Assembly: GCF_006345805.1 (NCBI RefSeq)
Contig: NC_043001.1
Location: 110,174,001 to 110,238,000, forward strand
Source of the DNA: Octopus sinensis
Lineage: Eukaryota
Length of the DNA stretch: 64,000 bases
Direction: 5' to 3'
In this document: positions 54,929 through 64,000 of the stretch, piece after piece
How positions within the stretch are numbered: the stretch's first letter is position 1
Layout: each line of letters begins with the position of its first letter
Position numbers and translations under genes: made by a program
Notes under the pieces: generated by a model
The model's database searches: none
Seen by the model: the letters and a program-made list of their open reading frames with translations, nothing else
What the model was told of the DNA's origin: nothing

Positions 54929-56330
54929 TTCGTCCTAAACCAATCTTTACTACAAAGTACTGTTACTGAATAACTCTCATTGTGAGATTTAAGAATAGTA
55001 ATTTTATCAAAATTCAAACTCTCATATAAAGCTCGAGCTGTTTTCTTTTGTCATAATGATGAAGAGTAAACAGAGATTGGAACTCTTGGAAAATAATATG
55101 TTACTGAAAACTTCGCGACTAAAGCCAATCGCGAAATACTTTGTACAGCCTTGTTGATATTACGTTGTTTAAAGAATGCGCCATATTTGAATACCTTATT
55201 TATTAGGTATAGCATTTTGTTATTATATATGCTATTTCTTTTGTCGATGTTTATTTCCAGTTCAACCTTCATCAAAATAAATAGTGATAAATCGCGTTCC
55301 ATCGTGCACATGTTCATTTATTATTGATCTGACTGTGACTGACCAGGCATCAATATGAAATTTGCTTGTTAAATTTTATAAACAAGAGTTGGTATTCTTA
55401 CGTTTAGCTTCATTGATTCGAAGATATATGTAACAGAAGAGATACAGCCAGGTGGGAACCTTTCTGTTTATATTCACGTTATGTCAATGAATCGGTGTTG
55501 TTGCCAACACGCATCATCTGAGAAGAGTTCACCGAATGTGAACTTAAATATCGAATAGCATATTCGAGTTTGAATCTACCCAAATGTTTTAATAACAAGT
55601 AGGTACGCCAACGTATTTAAACCTCTTTTTTTCCCTTCTGTGGAGGACAATTTATTTCTCTATTCTAATATGACGATAGGCAGTAATTTCGGAAGATTAG
55701 GTTGCTGTTTCTGGTGTATGCAGCGACCATTTCCAATATTCCTTTGCAAGAAGATTACACTAATTGCGAGATGGCAGAACACTAACGATAGGTTAACGTC
55801 GATTAAAACTCTAAAAAATGTCGACCACACTATTTCGGATTATACGGAAATTGCAATTTATAAAAATGCTGTGCAAAAACAAAAAGAATGCTGGAACAAT
55901 ATTAAGAACATTAAGCTCTCTGTTCTTAATCTGGAGATCATTTACTTCAGCACTTATTCCACTTCATCAGTTAAACAAATTCACATTTAATAAGCCCCAG
56001 GCTCGCAGTTCCTTACATTTAATTACAGCAGTCTGTATTATGTTGTTTCTGTTGCAGATTTCTGCATGAAAGCTTATGAATAAAAATACACTATGACAAT
56101 ACTACACACAGTCACACACACGCACGTACGCATGCGCGCACACACACACAAGTAAACACGCACGCACTCAAAAATACTTATATATGTGTATCTATATATA
56201 CATATACATGTGCATGTGTATATATATATATATGTATATACATATATATATATATATACTTACATATAGGCATGCATATATGCATACGTGTATATGTGTA
56301 CATATATATATACATACATACATACATGCA

Positions 56331-56363
<33 letters not shown>

Positions 56364-56369
56364 CTATCC

Positions 56370-56439
<70 letters not shown>

Positions 56440-56499
56440 TATATATATGTATGTATATGTGGAGTGCTATTTCCTTTTGCGGTGTATTTACCCACCCTT

Positions 56500-56860
56500 C
56501 GATAAGTAATTACCCCTATACACGTGAATACGTCATTAACAATTCAATTAATACAAGCGAATTTAGCTCTTATTGGCCATACATCTCGTGTACTTGTATT
56601 AAGAAAGATTTATTTCACATTATGTCAATCAGCTCGTCCTGCAGTATGAAATTATTGTAGCACATCACAACTATATCAGGTACATTTAATTTTTTTTGTT
56701 TTACACCTTCCTCATCATACCTTCGATCAATAATCTCTACGTAGATTCTGGACCACGTAAAATTAGCAGCCAAAATCACCCTTAAATCACGCCTACTCTT
56801 AATCCGTATCAAAATCTTCATTTTAGGCCTGTTAAGATATAACATTTACCATATTGATTT
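56500..56860 (-). pseudogene. decayed piggyBac-like transposase fragment
   Basis: RDLRVILAANF...IIDRRY...KKLNVPDIVVMCYNNFILQDELIDIM resembles PGBD 'ASNF...RY.K..K..V..P.IV..YN.FMGGVD..DQ'. A frameshifted RDVWPIR follows, like the 'RKW' block. Confidence 0.45.
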
Positions 56861-57402
56861 CGTAAATTGATAACATTTTCTTGTTTTTGCTGAGTGAATA
56901 AGTGAAGAAGACTCTGCCTATTAAACTCACATCATTTTTTTCTTTTCTTCACAAAATATCGCCGTAATTAATTTTTCCTTTGCCTTCATTCTCAATTAAT
57001 ATTTTCATGTTTTTGTTTTTCTATGTTTTTCGTTCTACTGTGTCAAACGTCATTATTTGGTGTCGAGTAATTCAAAATAGAATATGGCATTATTTTTTTC
57101 ATGATACTACCTTATCTTCTATTTAACAACTAATTTAATTAAGGTCTTAGTTTTCCTCTTGTACATGTCTATTTTGAACAAGTTTCTTTCCAATAAAATT
57201 ACCATTTAAGATTGAACGCTGTTGTTGTATTAAAGTTACATACTTATTATACTGCTTCGCTTGTACTTACATCTTCTCTGTGTCATCACACACAATCATT
57301 CTTGTGAGACTCAATTTCCATACAAATTGATTTAGTTTTCTATTTCCAATGATATTGTCGCTTACCTCATTTATCATTATACATGTGGTTGTCGTTATGT
57401 AT

Positions 57403-57482
<80 letters not shown>

Positions 57483-57855
57483 ATATGTATGTATATATAT
57501 CAAAATAGTGTTAGAGATAGAAACACCCACAACTTCATCAACTCCGAACGGTATTAACTCAACCAAGCCATAAAACATTAAATAAAAAAATACTATTTCT
57601 ATTCATAATCCCAAAATTTCCCATATTACGGACTACACGTGTTTCATGAGGGTACGTATGGTATTGTTAAGACATAAAGTCTCATTCAAAACTCATTATG
57701 TTTATGCACTCCCAATCGTCAGGTCTACTTTCCCCACATTTATAAATATAACTACTCCTTATATATCACTATGTTTGTCAAAATTAATTACAAATTAATA
57801 TACAAAGTATAAATAAGTAAATAAATAATGTTAATTCGCTCTATATATATATATT

Positions 57856-58642
57856 CTAGCTGCGGGACTCGCAGTTGTACATGTTTTCCGTATTGAAGTT
57901 AAGCCCACCTCTGACCTTGTATTGAAATCTCCTACGTTCCCCTTGCCAACTATTACCCATTAAGATGTTATATCTGGTTCGGCAGGGATTTTACCTGGTT
58001 AACGCTTTTGACATACTCCTATATATTGGACCGACTGAAATTGCAAACAAATTTTGGGGTGTACCTCGACCCGTGAGAGTGATGTTTGTTTATTTCTCTC
58101 CCATTAATGCCATCCTCTGTATCAGATTGATCAGTGTGTCAAATCTCAGCAAATTATGAAGAGAAGTGTAAAGGTTGTAGCATAAAATAGAATCCATATG
58201 GCCATTTACATGAAAATATACAAGTTATGGCCAAAAATAAATTTCCGCGGTGTATTTGCACGCAACACGCCTATTGATTTTATAAAACACCTGCTCAGGC
58301 GCAAGTACCGATCTTTTGTCAACGGTATATACTGACATCAGCTTCTTGCCAAGAGTCTCGCTCATTCATCGATTTTCATGAAAATCAGACAAAAAATGTA
58401 AAAGCTGCAGGAAAAATAACATCGTTATGGGAATTTCCATTCAAGCGCCCGATTGAGCTCACAAAAATCTATGCCAACTGAGTATTATCGGGTTTTCGAA
58501 AAACTCCGGCCTTATTTGAACTTCAGGGTATGTGATCTACCTATGTGCCAAATATCATTAAAATCGGTTGGACAGTGTGGGGGAGTTACAGTAAACCAAA
58601 ACACACACAGACAGACACCATTACATATTTATGTATATAGAT
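57856..58642 (+). mobile_element. possible Helentron/HINE-like element, different family
   Basis: Starts CTAGCTGCGGGACTCGC in a TA-rich site; ends AAATCGGTTGGACAGTGTGGGGGAGTT...CACACACAGACAGACAC...TTTATGTATATAGAT. Confidence 0.5.
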
Positions 58643-59715
58643 TTCTGTGTTTGTGTGCACTGGCACATAAGATTATATATATAAACGAAAATGAGCTAAG
58701 TGATGTAACTCAGAATAGCCAGTGGCATGTATTTGAATAACACAGAAAATTTCAGTATGTGACATATAAATGAACTTAAAGTCTTCACTTATTAAAATGA
58801 TAGTTATCTCCCACTCTGGAGGATGTAAGATAATTACCAAATGCTAATTAAGGCCAGCTTCATACAAGAAAGTGACATAATCTCAACAATCAAGATTTCA
58901 CCGAAATTAAGGAAAAACATAGGCTTATCATCTATATATATAAAGCAATCCGTTGACACATGTTGCTGGTTTAATAGCCTCAATCGGCGCGATAATTGTT
59001 CGCTCCAAAAAGAAAAATCATTTGATGGACATTTTACTCTAGTTCTAGCTAGATATTGTTGAGTCCCCGGTCTAAACTATGATTATGCCTATGGAAAAGA
59101 ACTCATGGGATTACATCAATAATTGATTAAAATTTTTCGCATCCAACTATCACACGATTTTCTAGTGCGTCACTGTTCCTGATTTGTTTATTTTAATTTT
59201 AGTGTTTTGTTCTGGGTAAAACTTAATCCTATAATGTTGAATTAAAATATCTTTGATTTTTCCCGAATCCATAGGTTTTGCTATTCTATATTTTGATTTT
59301 TGCAATATAACTGTTTCGAAAATTTTCAGAGCCAAATTTACAACAAAATATTTAGGTCGAAATATACCCCAAAACCAATTGGGAGGACCATAAGTATCAT
59401 ATGAAATGCAGAAGCATTCGGGAAAATACTGAAGATATTCGAAAGTTTAAAATACATGTTAGCATAAGATACTATGTTGACTTTTATGCCGGAAAATACG
59501 GGAAAAAGCAATTTGAAAGAAACATTACGTTCGCTCATGATATACAAAATACTTTTCTTCTTGGAGAGTGTCTGAGTACTGTCCACAAAGTTATTATACG
59601 ATATTGATAAGGATGAGACATTAAGTATATCATATGATCATGTGATCGACCAGACTACTGGATGTTATACATTTTTGGATACATTGCGTTTTTCTATCCT
59701 TTCTGCTTTGAAATT

Positions 59716-59905
59716 ATGCCACCGCGCTGTCTAGGGGAGCAGGCTAACATTTCCCTGTACGGAAGACTAGTTATACACATTTACAGCTGGAGCAATGTGA
59801 CATGAAATGTTTTGCTCAAGAACACATCTGGCATCCGGTCTGGGAATCGAAACCACAATCCTGCGATCATGAGTGCAACACGCGGAACCATGAGACCACG
59901 AGCCT
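59716..59905 (-). mobile_element. diverged family E-like SINE fragment
   Basis: 'ctggagcaatgtgacatgaaatgttttgctcaagaacac...ccggtctgggaatcgaaaccacaatc'. Confidence 0.65.
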
Positions 59906-60374
59906 TGTCTATTAATGATATTAATTATAAAACATTCTAAAAGTAAGACAGTTTATTAATTTATAATTTTCTACTTTCTCTCTAAAGCAAATTACATCAG
60001 AACATAAAGATATTTAATCACAGAATCAGTAGACTATGTCTAATTGTCATGTCCCCTCATCCTGCAATTAATTCGGGTTGTAATAACTTTTAAAAGAATA
60101 ATTTATCTGTCAATTACACGCTTTTAGTGTATATCATTATGAGGTAAGTCGTCAAGGACTCTTAAGTAAGTTAACTAAATTATGATATTCCCGAAATATA
60201 TGATGACAGAAAAATCCCAAACCAATCCTAACAGACATTTATCTAATATGCTTAAGTATAACAAATTGGGATCTGTGTGAAGGACGCCAGTTAAAACCAA
60301 ACGCGCGCACACACGCACATGCACATATATATATATGTATATATACATATATATGTTCTTTTGTACTCTTATTG

Positions 60375-60600
60375 TTTCATTTGTTCTAGTCATTTGACTG
60401 TGGCCATGCACCACCTTGAAGTGTTTCAGTCCCAAAAAAGCGAGCCCAGGACTTATTTTCCTTTAAGCCTAGCCTAGAACTTTCCCTATAGGACGCCTTT
60501 TTCAGAATCGGTTGTCTAGCGGTAATGGGGAAAACACAGACACAATGGCAGACACAGAGACATATACATACATATGCATAAATCATACACACACATATGT
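60375..60600 (-). mobile_element. diverged partial family C SINE
   Basis: 'gtcatttgactgtggccatgcaccacc...cccaggacttattt...aagcctag'. Confidence 0.65.
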
Positions 60601-60767
60601 ATATATATATTGATAGAAATGGTAAGACAACAAAAGAATGAAAGAGACTTCTATATTATATAAATAGAGAAATTTATCTGTAAATATAATATGTGACAAT
60701 TATTTGGTAGTCATGATAAGATTCCGAGTTTCGGATGTTGGGGCGGAAACAATCATTATATTTACAC

Positions 60768-60804
<37 letters not shown>

Positions 60805-61715
60805 ATATATTATATATATATATATATAACAATATGCCATGTTTCATGGCATATAAGTCGTTCATTGTTTCTGAGAAGGTATCTCAAAATTGCCACGGCC
60901 CTTATAAGTTGGGGCTCATTTAAGCATAGTGCATAAAAATCCTTTTCTTCCTAATTATGCGCTGCTGAAAGCAATGGGGTGTATCAAACATGCCTGTACG
61001 CCTTTTACCAAATACGAAATTTTGATTCCCTCTACATTCAAACAAACGAATAAAAACACACATGGACACACATGGATACTTGGTAACCTTAATGCTTATT
61101 AGTTATCAGCCGGTTAAGTATGATGGTTTCCTACCTGAATTGTGCGAGAGAATTTTATGTCATCTTGTTTACATAAACACATATCAACGGTGTGACTGTG
61201 AGAAAAGAACGATAGAAATTCTTGTTTTCTGTTAATTAATTGGAATCTAAATATAATTAATAATTAATAAAAAATAATATGTGTTTACGCTTTAATCCTT
61301 CCTAACTAGCAATACAAGATTACATTGGTTTGTGTTTACCACAGAAAAGAAAATAACAGCTTAAACAAATTCATATGTCAAGGCTGCTCTAGTATTTAAC
61401 AAGCTATATCACTGCATTCACGTATATACAGAAATGCCTATATGTACCTTTTCTCTGTGTGCACACCGACACGTATACACTCTCACACACGCACACCGAC
61501 GCACAAACACGAGTAGGGGGTTTCTCTCACTATATATGTATGTATGCGTGTAGATGCTAACGGATACAGCTCTTTATATATCATTTAATACTTTAATACG
61601 CTTTACACTATTTCATGGAGAGAACGCTAGTTCACTATAAATTATATGCATGTATGTATTTTTTTTCCTAGTTTCAGCTCAGAGCTGCGGCCATGCTGAT
61701 GCACCGCCGTATATA

Positions 61716-61800
<85 letters not shown>

Positions 61801-62181
61801 TTTTTTTCAATGTGTACAAATACCATGGAAAAAAATACTTAACAGGGTAGAAGAATATTTACTTAAGTACGAAGGATGTCACATCCTATTTATAAAGCTA
61901 GAAATTGCGGTATTTAGTGAAATGTTTTTGTATAGCATATAAATTAAGAAATGTAGTTAAACGCAAGTGTTATTCAAATCTTTATACTTCCGACATATGT
62001 TTCGAAGAAGACATTGGTATTATTCCAGAGGGTATAAAATGATATAAAACAATGCGATATTCTCATAAGAAAAATAAAGAGAAACAAAACGCATCAATAA
62101 GTTATTTGAACTGAATTTGATTATTGCGTTTATGATGAAGAGAATGTTGGCAAATTATTTTTTAAGTTTTCTATAAATACC

Positions 62182-62221
<40 letters not shown>

Positions 62222-62442
62222 TATATATATATAGCATGGCCGCACTCTAATCATTGATACAAGTAAAACATACATGCATACATACATACAAAATTATGTA
62301 AGACTTTCCTCAAGTTTTAAATATATAGCGTTGTTTTCGTTATCTAGATTCCAGAGATGGGGCTTTTGTATTATTGTTAGAAACCAGCTCTTCCCATGCA
62401 CGTACGCGTCTGTCGTGTGTGTGTATGTGTGTGAGTGTGTGA

Positions 62443-62481
<39 letters not shown>

Positions 62482-63889
62482 GGTGTTTATATTTCAATGT
62501 TCCCTGCTTCACAACTGGTGGTGCAGCCTTTACATTCCCCGTAACATTGGGGTTTGGTATAAGAGACCGATGCAAAAAGTACCACTCATACAAATATTAG
62601 TACTGGGGCTGATATGTTCGGCTACACGCCTTAAATTAAAGAGAAGTTATATGCTTCTGTATGCATGTATGTGTGTGTGTTTGCCTGTGCGTGTATCTAT
62701 CAGTGTATGTCTTTATCTTTAAGTTTGTATCCACCACTGCCTGACGACCAGTGTTGGTCTGATTAAGTCCATAAAATTTAGCAGTTCAGCAGAAGAGCGG
62801 TTCTGTGAAAGATCAGTTCGGCAAAATTGGAAGAACGTAAGTACTAAGACTGATATTTTTTCGTATCTAAACCCGTCTATGTGGGGCTCCATTATGTTCG
62901 CACTTCATTAGTTGAAACAAGTAAAAAATATTTCGTTTTTGGATTTGGTTTCCAAGATTCTTCATTTGAGTTCGTGTGTTGAAGCATATTCTGTTGTGCC
63001 TGGGGAGTCATTTTTTTGTGCCTTATAATGTAAATAAAAATAAGAAATAAGTGGAAGTTTTACCGGTGAGTGTGTTACATTATAAGGTACGAAAAGAAAA
63101 TAACTCTCCCCAACAGAAGTAAAAAATAAATAAAAACTCAATGTTACACTGTATGTATCACGTCATTCCAAGTTTTCTATATCAATGACGCGTCCGAGCG
63201 TTTTACGATCTAAAAATATGACGTTACAAGTAATAGGAGTAAAATTTCCAAGTGATAAAATCACGTAGTGTTAAAAAGGAAATGAAACGTTGTATAATTT
63301 GATATCATGTACACCATATCCGCATAAATGTGTGGGTGGCCATGGCTTGTTTAATCAGGCTTACATGGGGTTAATCAACAAAACAAGAGAAATTCCTTCA
63401 GCTGAGGATTGCACACGAAAATTCTACTTTCGTTCTGTAAATCGCTTCACTTCACTTTGTCGCACCTGCATGAGAAATCTATCAGAAATCTATGTAGAAT
63501 AATGCAACTCTTATGATCAATATTAATCGATAGAGAAAGCAAAGAAGAAAACCTCAATATTTACATAGATTTCAATGGGAAGTAACAATTAATATTCAAA
63601 ACTGATAACAAATAAAATATAATGGAATTATTGTTTAGAGGAAAATGAGCTGACACTGAAAACAAATCGCCAAGAATATTAAAAGTGTGCTAATATAGTT
63701 GATTATTGAAAACGATATAGATTTCTCTCTTTTTTTTTTTGTTTTTTTCTTTTGATAATCTACCACATTAATACACTGTGGAGAATCAACAAAAATCGAT
63801 GGCCAATAGAGAATAGATCGTAGCAAATAATAGAGGTGAACCTAAAGAATCTGAAGAAAACATTTATACATATATCTACTCATATCTAT

Positions 63890-63901
63890 GTATCAATCTA
63901 C

Positions 63902-63997
<96 letters not shown>

Positions 63998-64000
63998 TAT
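63890..64000. repeat. (TATC)n microsatellite
   Basis: Directly visible; runs to the window edge. Confidence 0.97.

Overview
AT-rich, microsatellite-dense eukaryotic (animal) genomic DNA, almost entirely intronic or intergenic. The repeat families look like those of an octopus; this is my recognition only and was not checked against a database. The window holds about 25 copies or fragments of at least five tRNA-headed or SINE-like families and a truncated mariner transposon. It also holds decayed LINE fragments (CR1/L2-like, RTE-like, possibly L1/Tx1-like), a decayed piggyBac-like fragment, three Helentron/HINE-like elements and two MITE-like elements. Structural features include a ~276-bp-arm foldback, a 176-bp inverted duplication and a 1.14-kb tandem duplication. 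Nearly all supplied ORFs are translations of microsatellites or repeats. I recognised no host gene; two phase-compatible candidate exons (1785-1934, 9950-10017) are only tentative. The most interesting signal is a composite element found at two loci: a tRNA-like Pol III head, an (AAT)n spacer, then a tail carrying a minimal type I hammerhead ribozyme motif of the Penelope-like kind. Both loci also have an inverted fragment at the 5' end. Further hammerhead-like motifs occur in other repeat families. Every individual copy is mutated, so ribozyme activity is inferred only for the reconstructed consensus.
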